Origin: Octopus bimaculoides | Taxonomy: Eukaryota | Assembly: GCF_001194135.2 (NCBI RefSeq) | Contig: NC_068982.1 | Span: forward strand, 859,456-923,455 | DNA: 64,000 bases | Direction: 5' to 3' | Shown here: in pieces, positions 38,482 to 53,124 of the stretch | Numbering within the stretch: the stretch's first letter is position 1 | Layout of the letters: each line of letters opens with the position of its first letter | Made by a program: the position numbers and the translations under genes | Notes under the pieces: generated by a model | Seen by the model: only the letters and a program-made list of their open reading frames with translations | Database searches by the model: none | Told to the model about the DNA's origin: nothing

Positions 38482-39846
38482 AGCATTCATATATAACATA
38501 TATGTGTATGGTAGTCAATATGTGAGGTTTTACTATAAGGGATCGTTAAAATAAGCACAAGACTGGAAAAAGTGTCGAGGGGAGATGATATATCCATAAC
38601 TATCGAAAGTTGTGCTCCACCGTGTCTTCAGTCCGATGACTGGAACAAATAAAACCTCTATACACCCCCTCCACCACATACACAATACATACACTCCCAT
38701 ACCCATTAATATACATAAGAAAGCTGTAAACATCTTGACACGAGATGCAGTTTTTTTAAAAATCATTCTGGAATGCATCCGTTCTTTAAAAAAAATTATA
38801 TACGAGCTTTTCATTAATGATCAGTATCTTTACTGCTTGATTCTATACACGTTGCCTAGATAACCACTCACAGGCATATAAATAAGTCAATTATGCATTT
38901 AATGCTCTGTCATAAAACCCATAGAATTACATAAAGTAATAATGCGTAATTAAACATGATGTTATTAAAACACGTAAAGTGTATGTATGTCGTAGTGAAC
39001 TTTCAATGCATTTGGTTTCTATAACATGATACCATTGACAGAAAAATAGACTATATTAGTGTTAGGAAAATACTTGTTTAACTCTGTGACAGAACTGCAG
39101 ATCAAACTATTTAGCAATATGGTCATTTGAACTCGGACGTATACTGAATGTAATTGCTCGAAAATAAAATTAAAAAAAAAGAACTGAAAGCGTGGAGACG
39201 GGGAAAGGAATCGTGGCACGGGTTTAATAGCGCAGGATATTTCAAACATTTTCCTACAAGAATAAAATCTACCTATCAGGAAGTAGAAAAGGCACGTAAC
39301 CAAACAGAATATATTAAATAAAGTATTTAACTACGTGACAGCTGGCAAAAATGATTTCGACCTAGAATTCAAAAGTAAATGCAGAAAATGCACTTTGTTT
39401 CTGCTGGTTTAGTGTTAGCCAATGAAAAATACACGCCTGGGCATGTTCGGAAACTTCGTAGACTGGAAATAATGCAAGCATTGTGAAATATCAACACAAA
39501 AGATATAAGAGAAACGGTTTCTGATAAAACTTTTATTACAGTGGAATATGTCGATCCAAACCGGCAGCAAGATGGCTTCTCGACAGAATATAGTAGCCAA
39601 ATATCACTTGGAAACAAAATGACTTTTCATTGGGTTATCAGTTCCAGTCGAGTTTAATGTGTTTGAAAAGAAAAGGAGAAGAGAATGGATCAAATATATA
39701 TATATATATATANNNNNNNNNNNNNNNNNNNNNNNNNNNNNNNNNNNNNNNNNNNNNNNNNNNNNNNNNNNNNNNNNNNNNNNNNNNNNNNNNNNNNNNN
39801 NNNNNNNNNNNNNNNNNNNNNNNNNNNNNNNNNNNNNNNNNNNNNC

Positions 39847-40142
39847 ATTTAAACACACAAGAGCTGTCCATAATAGGACATCTAACCCACTAGAAGGAGC
39901 AGTCAAACTCCAAACGTGTTTATATGTTAATCTTGGCTTTCCTGCTGATGATAGCTGGCCTAGCAAATTATTTTATTTTGCTGAAAATAGCTTGAAACCA
40001 TGGTACAGGATATAGACGGTAAATGTTTTTATTTTTCATTCCCTTCCGAAATTATCCCTAATTGTGGTTTGGAGTTTGACTGCTCCTTCTAGTGGGTTAG
40101 ATGTCTTATTATGGCATCTCTTATGTGTTTAAATATACACTG
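39847..40142. mobile_element. Tc1-like MITE with about 68-bp terminal inverted repeats
   Basis: 39847-39915 is the reverse complement of 40067-40134 with few mismatches. The right end is CACTG|TA (40138-40144), a Tc1-type CAGTG terminus. The left terminus lies in the gap. Confidence 0.8.
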
Positions 40143-40243
40143 TATGTATGTATATATATATATATATATATATATNNNNNNNNNNNNNNNNNNNTATATA
40201 CACACACACATACATATATACATATATATACACGCACACACAC

Positions 40244-40303
<60 letters not shown>

Positions 40304-40814
40304 GTCTGTCTGTCTGTCTATCTGTCTGCCTGTCTGACTGTCTGTCTGTCTGTCTGTCTGTCTATCTGTCTGTATGTATGTGTGTATGTATGTGATAGGT
40401 GGTTTGGAAATAATGAAAATATACAGAAACTACATAACAAAAACTCAAAAGCTTGCATGAGACGGTGAAGAAATCGCTAAGCAATGCTCAAATGTTGGAT
40501 AGAATACACTGAATAGAATAGAAGAAGAAAAAATTGCAGGTACCAAAGGTAGACTGTGTTGGGTTTGAAAGCGGCTACCCGACGAAACAAGAAACCTCGT
40601 CTAATACAAATTTAAATCCTAATAAAATAACAAAAAAGAACAATTTTTTCCGCAAAACAGAAAGACACTATTCAATTTTCTTCAGTAATTTCTATTTTCT
40701 CCTTTAGTAATTACAATTACTGTTTATTTATTTTTCAGCTGACAAAGAGTTAATGAAATAAAGTGTCTTACAAAACGTTATTTTTGGAAGTCATTGTCTT
40801 TTTTTTTTCACAGC

Positions 40815-40865
<51 letters not shown>

Positions 40866-40959
40866 TTGACATCAAACTGCTTTTGATGTTGTGTTTACCG
40901 AGGAAATTAATACAATAAAACATAGTCTTTAGTTTTAAATGAAAGAAAAACACACAATT

Positions 40960-41530
40960 GATAATAAATTTGTTGCAAATTTAGGCAGAAGGTAAGCAAT
41001 TTTAGTGGGTAAGTGGGTTAGACGATTACATTAACCCCAGTAGTTGACTGGTACAGTATTTTATCGGTCCCAAATGGATGGAAAGCAAAATTGAAGCCGG
41101 TGATATTTGAACTCACTACATAAACGATCGGAAGAAATGTCGTTATACATATAGTTCCATGCGTTAACGATTCCGCCGAGCCGCCGCTTTAATAATGTCC
41201 TTTCTTATTTTGACACAAGATCTAAAATTTTGGGAGTCAAGGAATTGTCGATTACATAGACCCCACAAAATGACCAGTTACACTATTTTATCAACCCGAA
41301 AGTAAGGAAGGCAAAGCTACCCCCCCCCCCCCNNNNNNNNNNNNNNNNNCCCACTCACTCAGTAAAGTTTAAATTCGAAACGGAAAACCGGAAGAAATGC
41401 CGATAAGCATTTTTGCATTTTTTTCCGGAGTGTTAATGATTTTGCTACTTCGCCGCCTGAATATTAATAATGATAATGGTTTAAATTTTGGCCCCAGGCC
41501 ACCAATTTCGGGGGAAGGGGTATGTCGATT
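40960..41530 (-). mobile_element. Tandem cluster of degenerate SINE B copies (about 40960-41190, 41195-41460, tail fragment 41465-41530)
   Basis: Repeated reverse-complement tail (TTTGGCACAAGG-like), GTCGATTACAT..GACCCC core and heads ending GCCGC. Confidence 0.75.
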
Positions 41531-41539
41531 TCTGGATGG

Positions 41540-43200
41540 AATTGTCTACCGTGCTCATCTCTTTGTTTCACTTCTTGCCTACCTAAAGGTCTGAATCAAG
41601 CTAAACCCCAGCAATTTAACTTTCCTGACCATCCAACGCCCCTCGACATTTTTGTATACAGCATGGATCTGCTTATTCTGGTGACGAGCTGAAGACCTCC
41701 TTCCATTTTCTATGAAATATTTGCTTCGGTGCGGTCAGCTAGCAGAATCGTTGGCACGCTGGGCAAAATGCGTAACAACATTTCGTGCGTCTTTACCTTC
41801 GGAGTTCAAATTCCGCCGATGGCGATTGTGCTTTGTATCCTTTTGGGGTCCATAAAATAACTACCGGTCAAGCAATGGGGTCGATGTAATCGATTTATCC
41901 ATCCCCTGAAATTACTGGCCTTATACTAAAATTAGAAAATGATGTTTGCTTCTATCCCCGCTCTTCATACATTAGAGCAGTGCCAATCCTCTTGAAGTGT
42001 TTGGTATCCGGCACTATAATCTATACACGTCGTCCACATACGCTGACCTAGCTCACTTGCAGTCATCCTAGTTCGTATGTGATGCTCCTCGAAACCTCTA
42101 ATCTCTTCTCAGTGACTCGAATGGCAGCACAAACAGAAGAAGAGAAAGAGAGCAGCCTCCACGAACCTAACTCATGTTAATGAAAGGTTTCGACGGATCG
42201 GCATTGACTCTGACTACCGGCTGAAGTTGATGTACATTGTAGTGATCCAGCTTCTGAAAGCGCGGCCCAGACTAGCTGCCTTGAGGACAGCCACTAAATA
42301 TCGAAAGCTTTCGACATATCTATATTGCTCAGGGGTTTTATAACCTATACTTTCTGTGATGCATCTCGTGCGAGGAGGTTGTTGTGGAAAGACCTGTTTA
42401 GGATGGCACATATTTGTGCCGCACCGACAACAATATCTTGAACTCTTCATTTAGCAGTGCAACGGGCCTAGAGTTGTTAAAAATCACCCCGTTGTCTTGT
42501 TCTTTCTCAGCAGCAGCATCGCATCTTGTTTCACAAGACTGGGAATTCTCCTGTTCTGCTACCAGTGCCAAAAGATATCTACCAAGAGACCCTCAAGCGA
42601 GTTTAGCACATAAAATAAAGTTCATAAGGCAAGCCATCGAGGACAGATGATTTCCACCACTATAACTATGCAAAAACCGTGGTAGGCGTCTGATATATCT
42701 CGTTAATTCGCCTTGTCTCCGCCACAGACATTTGAGTGAAGTGCCACTGAAAATCCGCATGCATCTGCTTTGAATAGAATAGCATGTACCCCTCCTGATC
42801 AGTGAAAACCGAACGGTAGCTTTATTGCCACATTGCACCTCATCCACTCAAGAGCATTGACCAGCTTTTGTTTCCTCATGCCTTAGAATATATCTCCTAG
42901 TTCTCATAACTGGCAACCTTCGTGTTCCGCGTTGAAGAATTAACGAGGGCCCAATCTCGCCGGCAATATGTCAATCACAATGCCTTTCCTAAGTGCTTCT
43001 TCAAGTTTCCCAACTAAATCGCCCAGTAGGTTAAACTTTTCTATCACTATTTCCTTATCAAACCTTATCGACTCTGCTTTAATAGATGTTTTAGGGATAT
43101 CCACCATCGGTTATTGATTGTCCATGATCTTTCTAATAGTTGCAGCTAGAGTTGCAGCTCTGAAGTTTGCTCCCCTTAATTTTTTCCGCTGTTGCCAATG
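41540..43200 (-). mobile_element. Tx1/L1-clade LINE ORF2 (RT) pseudogene, interrupted by a SINE
   Basis: Minus-strand motifs in order: RWWISLK..IKAESIRF; KSSVLDGLPYELY; NNSRPVALLNEEFKILL; AQICAILNRSFHNNL; IDMSKAFD; YLVAVLKAA..FRSWI; SAYVDDV (42026-42046); GLQLVTRISRSM; RW...VKLLGF. Confidence 0.88.
41728..41941 (+). mobile_element. SINE family B inserted into the Tx1 element, with TSD
   Basis: Full head, core and tail, flanked by ATATTTGCTTC (41717-41727) and ATGTTTGCTTC (41942-41952), 10/11 identical. Confidence 0.9.
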
Positions 43201-44491
43201 ATTTTGCCGTGGCTATCGTTACTTTTGCTAATTTCTGATGGTGTTTCAATCCTGCTACTCTAATTTATCCATCACTGCGGGTGCTTTTATTATTGCTGTT
43301 GTTGTTGTCGTTGTTTTACTTAATAGAGTAAAACTTCAAGAAAGCCTTGTGGCATTTTTGAGCTCATTAAAGCCTGGATGTTCCTTTGATCGCCAGTAAC
43401 CACTTACGGTTGCTGATAACATCCGTGCTCATCATATGCCTTCCTTGTTATGCAAAGATGAGGACAAGCCAGCGCAAGATGTTTCTATTATAACCCCTGG
43501 CCGTAATAATAATGTTCCAGAAGCAGTTGTGTTGTACACCAGCCCTTCCTTTTCCTCAGCTCATCCTCAGTCTTAAAAACAAAACAAAACAAAAAGAAAG
43601 AAACAGACACACACTTCTATATATCCTGTCCTGGGCGATGGAGTACATAATCCGCTATACATCGGCTTGGCTTCGTCCATGTTTTGAATGAACCCCGGTC
43701 TTTTGAAGAAGGGAAATATGCCAGCCTATTCCTCGAGTCCTCCTGCATATATTTGTGGAACAAGAAGGCGTTGCCTTTCCCGATATACTGCGTCAATCCC
43801 GTCTCATTTTCGGAGTTGTTTCCAGTCAAGATCATCGTCGGTTTGACACAGAGCATTCGTAAATGACGGAATATTGGTACTGGTGCTATTCCTACTGTTC
43901 TTCGTTTCATTCAATTTAATGTTTTCAACACTGCTTTTTGTATCTTCTGTTGTATGAATGAAAACGTATGTTTTAGCTGGAAGCAACGTCTGGATATTTG
44001 ATAATTTCATTTTCTGTTTACTATTAAAATTCTTTACGTCCGTCTGAAAATAATTGTAAGCCTATTCATTAAGGTTACTCCCAGCACCACTGTGAAGAAC
44101 GCTTCATTCTTCTTTTGCGGCGGTCATGAGGAAGCGCTCATAAACATATTGTGAATTGGTTAGTCGTAAAAAAATGTATACATTTTAAAATGTCCGTGGG
44201 CAAACCATTTAAAAAAAAAAAATCCCCATAGCCCTCAGTTTTCTTTTGGCTTTCACTCACTTCTAAGTAAGTCATCAACATCTAAGCAAGTCATCAAGTA
44301 CACTTTATTACCATGTCCACTTCTCTTCTCCAAGTGGGTGGTATTTGGAAATCATTAGACCCTCAAATAACTGGAAACGTTTTCAATATACGAAACTGTT
44401 TCTTATCAGGTAATCCGTTCAAAGTTTACTTTCTTCGTGAAGCTTTATTACAGACGTCTGTTTGCTACAATATGCAACAACAACAACAACA

Positions 44492-44522
<31 letters not shown>

Positions 44523-45589
44523 TGATAACAACGATACTTACTTTCTTGTTCAGGAGATCAATACAGAACTTGTAATATAGAAAGAATTAAAGGGGGGGGG
44601 TATGTAGACCCACACACATATGTATAAACACCTACTCATATATCATAAATGCAATAAATTAAGATACGTCAACTGTTTAGTGCACGAAAGGTACAAATAA
44701 GGGCAACACAACCCCAGAAATATGGAAGGACATTCGCCTGGATAAGATTGACGCTTTCCAAAACCCTCTTTACTTTCAAATCCGATTAAATGCAAACTAA
44801 ATAGTCCGAAATTGCACCTAAGCGCTTAACCCTCTTGTGACAGACCCCACAAAATCTGGGTTGTAATTCTTAAACGGTTGATTGACCACTGACGTGGTGC
44901 TTCTCAGTTATGGAGGTATCACACATCCTTCGGTCATATTTTATAGCTCCCCCCTACATTTTTGAGAGATATGAATCTCACACCCACTTTTGTAATTTCA
45001 AAGGTAAAGACTTCAGGTAAGGAAACGCTCTGACAATGTATCACTTGCACGTTTTTTGCAGGAATTCACTGATGTTGAGTAATTCCTCGCAAGCTAGCAA
45101 CAAATAAATTGTTCTTTCTTTTTTTTTTACCGGAGACCCTATTAATGTATAAGTTGGCTGCATCATTGGTAAAATGGCAACACTCTGAGTCTAAAAGTGT
45201 ATTTCTGCTTTTCTATTTTAATTTCTTCTAGATAACCTCTTTTCAAATGAATTTTATAAAGGATGTATATACAATCAAATGTATTAAAACAAAACATCTT
45301 TCCTACTTCAATGTAAAGCGATACACGTCCCCATGTTTTGAATCGCTTTGCTCTCGAAACGGTAGAAAAAAAGTCATTGTTTATAGGGACCTTGAAAAAA
45401 TATATTTTCTGGGCTGATCTCTGTCAAGCAGGTCCGTTTACAGTAGATGAAGGTTGAGGACGGAACACTTGAAATCAAATCTGCCAAAAATGGAAATCTT
45501 GGAGAAGTTAAAATACAAAAAAAAAGGTATCTGTCCACGTGGCGGCTTTTCAGTGCTACAGATCATAATTGACTGACTCGTATTTTGCG

Positions 45590-46050
45590 AAATGAAAAAA
45601 ACTGGATACCATTTTGGAAAAAGAAAGAAAAGAGATGACTCAATCTTTAATGGGGGATTTGAAACTCTACGGAAGTAATGAAAAGGTGGAAGAAAGACTG
45701 GGGAATACAGTGAAAATTTTTACTGCAAATATAAGCTGGAAATTTGAACGGAAGAAGTATTTGACATTAAACATGGAATGGAGTTGACTTGTAAAGGGAA
45801 TACAGAGAAGATAGATGCAAATAAAGGATATAAAAATTTGAGTATCTTGGAAGCAGATAGTGAAGGATCAGCATGAAATATATCATTCGAAAAGAATAAA
45901 TACATTAAAAAGTGACCTCAACATGACTCAATGGAGTCAACACTATAAATTCATGGACAGCCTCACTTGTCAGGTCAAGCGTGGGTATTGCAGGTTGGTA
46001 GAAAGAAGAATTGCAAACAATAAACACGAAGATGGGGAAAAATGTTAACA
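45590..46050 (+). mobile_element. R4/Dong-like RT fragment
   Basis: GYHFGK..SLMGDLKLYGSNEK..TVKIFTANI; GYKNLSILEAD; INSWTASLVRSSVGIAGW*KEEL (HLLFMDDLKLY..INTWAVSLLRY-like). Confidence 0.7.
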
Positions 46051-47021
46051 ATGAACAAGTTATATCACCACTTTTAACAGTATAGATTAAATATACATGA
46101 GTAACGATATGAAGGATATGTGAAGGACACTGGAAAACTTACAAGGGACATAGCAAAAATAACTTTTGAATCTTAGAAAAAGACTTTTAGAAGAAAAAAA
46201 AGAAGGGTCGATATTTGCAATCTTTGTTGCCATCCATAAACTCGATAGCAGAATATGGCGTACTTCAAATTGCAAATTTAGAGGTAAAGGCTCCGTCCAA
46301 ACAAACTTATGTAGAATTTGTTATTTTCCAAATCCGTATGAAAGTAATTTCTATTTTAACAACAAACGCTTCAGCATTGAGTTTCTATGAAAAAGATATA
46401 GTTCGGCAATTTTATAATTACCTTGGTGGTTATTTTGTCTGTTGTTTCTATATGATAATACCAATCTGTGCTTGAGTGATATTTTTGAAAGACTGTAGGG
46501 TGTGATTTGAGGGAAATCTGGTCGCTATTTCTAAGAAGTTGAGTAACCACGGAGAAGTTATTTTCTGGCTTGTCGAAACGAGGCAGATATTCCATTTATG
46601 GATGTTTTCTACAATAACCAAATTGGCTACGCAATTCTAAAACTTGCTAAAGTGCTATTAAGTAACAAGTTCGTGTACTCAACATAATGCATTCCATGGA
46701 ATTCACAAATCCGAAATTTATAAGCATTGTATTCAGATGCCAATATCTAATTTAATCAGCAGTGATAGAAGACACAGAAATAATGTAAGCAAAAGATGTG
46801 TTGACATAATATTTAAAATGTGAGAAGTGTGTATCTAAAAGCGACAAAAACAAAAGACTATTGGTTGGTATAGTGTTGTTACTCAGTAAATAATCTCAAG
46901 ATATTTATAAGCAGGTCACAACCCGCTGTTTGTGGAAGGCTGCTATCAACTATCAGAAAAAGTATTCATAAAATTCATTTGTAGCTGACTCACGAGAATT
47001 TCCAAACGACAGGCATAAACT

Positions 47022-47120
<99 letters not shown>

Positions 47121-49439
47121 TAAAGAGATTAAGAGAGAAATGTATTCTCACAAATATATCCTGGCAACACTTACACACATACATATATACAAGCTTACAC
47201 ACACGTACGCACACACCACACACACACAAGTTGGGAAATATGAAAGAGATACACCGTTTTGCTACAACAATATCCATTATTTTCGTCATTGCTATCAATA
47301 CTGACAACATGATAAATTTTACTAATAGCCCATCGATGTAGTGAATTGGTAGATAGCAAATACTTATAGATTCCTATCAGACAGCAAAGCTTCTATTGAA
47401 TTTGGTTGAATAAGTCACCCACATCGTCACCACGCACATAGAGAATATATTTAAAGAAAATAATTATTGAATTTACCTAAAGATAGCGAATGATATTAAA
47501 ACTGAATATTTGTGTGTCCACCATTTCACAGTGTTAAATCTATGTTTGTATATTTCCACCTATTTTCAATATTCTCATGGTCCTGCATTTACCTTGCAAG
47601 TGAACAAGAGAAGTGGAGTTAAGCCACAACAGATGAAAATGGAAATTTATTTCAAAATTTAATTTGCAGGAAGATTAAAATCTTCTTTACGGTAGCTGTC
47701 TCAGAGTTATCAAAATGAATATTTTCTAATCAGCAAGACATTTCGGATGTTTAGAGATGGGAACTATTAACCTTCATGACTTTCCCAGCGCATCGAGAAC
47801 TGCAATTATATCGCAGTTTTGACCGTTGTTCAGTTTCTTTCTCGTTTACGAAATGTTACAATATATATTAAATACATGCCCAATATTTTATGAAGGAATA
47901 ATTTTTTTTTGAAATGAACTTTCATAAATTATACCTACTAGCAGAAAAACCACCCAGAGGGCGGTTTTCTGTTGGCATTTGTGTTTCGCTTGACAATATG
48001 CTCATGAATTGAACAAAGACTCTGTGATAGTTTATTTCGTAATCAGTAAAATAATCCATGATACATTAAAAAAAAAGACAATAAGGAAATTTGGAAAAGA
48101 GATGAGACTGTCAAGGGAAAATGTTCATGAATCTTCACTTGAGTGAATTTGAAAATAGACTCTCTGCTGGGAATTAATGAATTACATTTACCAATATGAA
48201 GAGTTGAGTTTTGCTATATTGTTCTTTCATGATATTCACTTATAGACGTCTTAAGTTTTCCTAGTGTCCCTTTCCTAGCAATTAAAAAGAAACTTCAATA
48301 CATTTCAATTAAAAGAGAATAATGAATGTCTCACATCACCGAAGACTTTTTTTGCAGACACAATTGTCAGCAAATGGACCCTTTTCATTTACTCGGTTAA
48401 TACTTTAATATTTTCTTTTCTTGACGCTCTTGAAAATGCAATATAATTCTGATTATGTGCGAAGAATTGTGTTGGGAAATGATGATATTATTGTCTAAAT
48501 AATTTCAAAGTGGTACCCCAGCATGACCGCAATCTAACACAATTTGTAAACTTAATTCTATTAGATAGGGATTATTGTTTTTGCACTACGTAATATTTTT
48601 AAAAATAATTCATTCACTTGTTTTTGGGAGTGTTTTTTCGCTTTATTACATTTTTACGAACGCGAAGAAAAGCTATTTGTTTACATATGGAATTCAAACA
48701 GAAGTTGACATTTAAAACAAGCGAATATTGTAATATTAAGCATTATAATTTATGTTTAATATACAAATAAACTTTATAGTTAAAAAATTTTTTAATATTC
48801 ATTTATTATTTCTTCAAAGTAATATGACATTTTTTTAATAAGGTGGGATGGGGGTGGAAACTGGACACAGTCCCGCACTTCTTCAATCATTATAATACAG
48901 ATTTCACTGACTTTGAAAAAAAACAAAAAAAACTAATGACAAAAATACTTATTTATTGTTAAACTGAAAACGCAGACACTAACCTTGTCAGAACGAAATC
49001 AGTTGACAAATATAAAATAAAAATGTATATTTGTTTGCTGTCTAAGAAGCATGAAAGAGTTCTCCTTCTATAAATTCCACCTAATTCGGCCAATATGTTG
49101 CCAATATTTGACTTTTAGATTAGTTGTCCAAAATAATTGTCATGATGTTTTACACAATCCGTTGACCATTGCAAAATTCGAGAAAAATATTTTGTCTAAT
49201 GCAAAGACAGACACAACAATATAAGGCACGTGTGTTATGAATAATGCTACCAATTTTGTTCAGTTTCCACTAAACGGAATTTGAGTCTTACACAGACCAC
49301 AAAACGAACCCGTTATCAGTCATTCAGTGTTCTGGTTAATTAAAGAAGTACCTGTTTATTGTTAACCGACCTGGGTCAGAAACAGATGGAAGGGAAGTAT
49401 ATAGGCGTTGATTTTAAAGCGGAATAGAGTGAACATAGG

Positions 49440-49482
<43 letters not shown>

Positions 49483-51247
49483 CTTTGTATGTGTGTACGT
49501 GCTTTGAGGAGACGTAGTGGGGTGAGCAAAGTCGACTCTATTGATACAGCTGAATGCAGTTAATGCTATTGTTATCTGGTACTTAACAGAGTAGAAAGTG
49601 CTGCATGAATCTTGAACACACGAAGGACTTCGCTTTGTAATTTTATTTTTAGTATAGCAATAGACAAGAGTGGTGTAACATATTCTATCCACGATGACAG
49701 ATTAGAACACAGTACTTAAAGATTATATTCAATCTTGATATTCACAGTGAGGATGTGTATTTAACTTCAGCATACTTTTACAATTAGGTGAGTTGATTCG
49801 GTCTGAAAAAGGGAAATATTTGGGACATAATCAAGTTAAGTGAAGGGCAACGTATTCTACTGCCAGAACTTACTGCAACAGCCACCTCAACTCGACAAGC
49901 TTCGACTCTCCAGCCGAAATTTTCAAAGAATATATAACTTGGAGTTCTGGAAGTAGTCTTGTGATATTTAAATCTGGGTTCGTCGCCTCAACATTTTCCC
50001 TCATCACTATTGTGATTGGAACAGTGAGAACGCGTAAATTGTTCACAGGAAATTCGCGAAATGAAGTCGGTAGATATCTGCTGGTTGTATAGATAGGTTC
50101 ACACTGAGATATAAAAAAAATATACTTGTAATTCAACTTAGCAAAACCTAGTATTTGCAAGTACTATTCATACTTCGTAACCTCTAGTCTGATTAGTGAA
50201 TAATGCTTTAATGCTGACTTGGGCAGAAAAAAAAAATTATCGACACAGTTTGCATTCATAGGAAAATCAAAGAAGTGGAACGTGGTGTTAAAGCAATATT
50301 TTCGTTATTATAAAGTGCTAAATAAGAAAGCTACAGGCTTGAGATATAAATCTTGTTTTCTGTAATTATGTGAGGTTGTTGAAGAAGTGTGAATTAATGT
50401 GGTATATTGCCAAGTTATACGAAGCAAACGAAGTGAATTGTGTAATGCAGTATAAAGTGGAATTAGTAGAGTACTATTTTTATATTACTTCTATATCTGC
50501 CTAGTTTCAAAAACAAAATTTCTTACGTAGCAGTTTATATTGAAATTAAAATGAATTTTACTGTTGCAAGCAATATGATATTTAAAATGTGTTTCGAGGT
50601 GAGGCTACATCCATTTTTGTCTTTCCAAAGAAAGTCAACGAGAGAAAAGTCCCCTGACAACAACGAGGCCTCAACCCGACCGTTGTAACTGATAGACGTT
50701 GCATTCAAGTTTAGCGCAAACAGCATCTTACCAAAATGCATGGAGTAATTCAATATTGTAGATCTGGATAAATTGTTTGAGACTAAGATTAGGTGACCTT
50801 GGCTTTAACACTTTTGTCTTACTCCTGTATTAATGGGGTGAAATTGGGTATTCAAAGCATCCAAGATTATGACATTATCACAGCAGCATGTAGTAAGTGA
50901 ATACGGTCATTCTAATCAAGAATATACGTACAAATATTTATAAGCACACGTTTAGAAATGGAAGCCTGCAACGAGCATTAAAGGGTTGCATGATTATTAC
51001 GCTAATCACTGTATTTCTTAGAGTGAATGAAAAGTTAGCAGAATGAAGGGCAGGCATTTCCAAAGAATTAATTACGACCGAACCTAGGATCAAATGAAAC
51101 ACAATAGCTAAACCACGTATATCGAACGTGCACAGCAATGTCAATTTGCTAAATCTATACCACTACCAACTGTGTACATACAAATACATCTACAAACATC
51201 ACCAAAGAAATGCATCGCATATACGTGTGTGTGTGCATGTATGTGTA

Positions 51248-51311
<64 letters not shown>

Positions 51312-51679
51312 CATACACATTTATACGTGTGTGTATGTGTATGACTATAAATGTGTATGTACGCATGTGTGATTGCAGCAGGGCACTGCTATCCTAGAGT
51401 ACGATGCCCGTGTGTGTGAAGAGTGAAGAGTTTTATAAGAAATACATTGTCCTAGACCTGTAATCAAATGCTGTCCTCACACAGTATTCCAAACTGTGTG
51501 TTTGATCGGAGAAATTGCTTCAATCTAAATAATTGTAGGTCCTTTGTTAGCCAATTCTTGGCAATAAAGTGTACCGAAGTAACGTCAAATAATATTCTGG
51601 GATAACAATGAAACGCTAGAACCGAATTTGACTTAATAGTGAAAACCGTATCCAGGGATTCATATCACTACTACAAATA

Positions 51680-51753
<74 letters not shown>

Positions 51754-52907
51754 TGCATGCTCGTGCACGTTAACAATAAGAGAGAATGAGATCTAAACCC
51801 AATGAGAACGTTGGAATGCTGTTCCTCGATTTATATAAAAATGCGAATTTCGTATTTGATGGAGATTCATTGCCATGTCTAGTAGTTTACTTGATCTCTT
51901 TTTATTTCTTTTAAACATTAATTAGGAAAATCTGTTTCGTATGAACAATTTCCCGCTTTACTCTTTTTAGTTTCTCCTATTCATTTTTCTTTCACTTTCT
52001 TCATCCGTAACACATTTGCTTATTTTCCACAAGTTCTTCATATTTCATGTTCTTTCCATAATATTCATGTCGTCTAATTTTCTCTACGTAATTGCCTTGC
52101 TATTAATTGCGTTCCTCTTCTATAACAATCTGATTAGCTGACTTGGGTGTCTGACAAAATTTCACAGTGTCTTCGTTGGTAGTGTCTTCGTTGATTGTGT
52201 GTTGCTATTAATACTGTTGTTATTGGCGTGGTTCTTTGCCTGCTGCCCTTACTTCCGCTGTACCAGCTCAGCATTCTACACTTACATGTTTTGTTTCTAT
52301 GTACGGATCTACCACTGAAAAGTAACATTAGATGGCAAAAGGAATTATCTTTTGTTATTTCAAGCTTGAACATATTACTGTTTCCATATCTACCGATTCT
52401 CTCATTCTCTATTTTGTATATTACCTTTACAGAACATTCCAGATCATTTACAGTCTGATGGTTTATTTCTCACAAAAAACTAAAGTAAAATAAATAAATA
52501 AGTTACATATCCGAAAGCTGTAGTCATTATAGTCAATATTAAATTACAAGCCATTTTTTTAAAACACGAAAATGCCGGATAACGAACTGAATGAATCTCT
52601 TTCATCGACTGCTCAACAAAATTCTAAACACATTTATTCTGCAAAGGTCTGCGTAATTAATCTATAAATGTTTATATCCTAATATTGCCTTCCAAGAACA
52701 GTTTCAGCTGAAGGTATCGATATGTTATCAAGCACCATACCGACAGAAGTGTTCTAAGTTCATTGTAGCTTTCAGCTGTGTTGCACTCTAACCACACCAG
52801 ACCTAATTTGCCTCAGATAGAACTATATGTCAAAAGAAAAACTATCTATTTCTTCAAATATGAATTTAGCAAAACTGATCAAGTCTTGATTTGTAAGATT
52901 GACGTTA

Positions 52908-53124
52908 AATAGGTGAGGTGGAAGAATCGTTAGCACGCCCTACAAAATGGTTGGCGGCATTTGGTCCGTCTTTACGCTCTGAGTTCAAATTCTGCTGAGG
53001 TCGACTTTGCGTTTCATCACTTTAGGGGTCGATAAAAGAAGTACTAGTTGAGCACTGGGGTCCGTGTAATCGATTTACCCCTTCACCCGAAATTACTGGC
53101 CTTGTGCAATAATTTGAAATTGAT
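52908..53124 (+). mobile_element. SINE family B
   Basis: GAATCGTTAGCACG..CTGAGTTCAAATTCTGCTGAGGTCGACTTTGC..GGGGTCGATAAAAGAAGTAC..GAAATTACTGGCCTTGTGC. Confidence 0.9.

Noticed and set aside
43617-43910. 97-aa minus ORF as Tx1 ORF1 or a host exon
   Set aside because: Position upstream of the Tx1 ORF2 is suggestive, but I could not match any motif; needs tBLASTn.
46166-46595. Cluster of short overlapping ORFs
   Set aside because: No motif or consistent frame; possibly an old TE but unsupported.
52195-52458. Hydrophobic ORF as GPCR exon 2 (TM6-TM7)
   Set aside because: No CWxP or NPxxY, and the nearby acceptor (TTTCACAG) gives a stop in phase 0.
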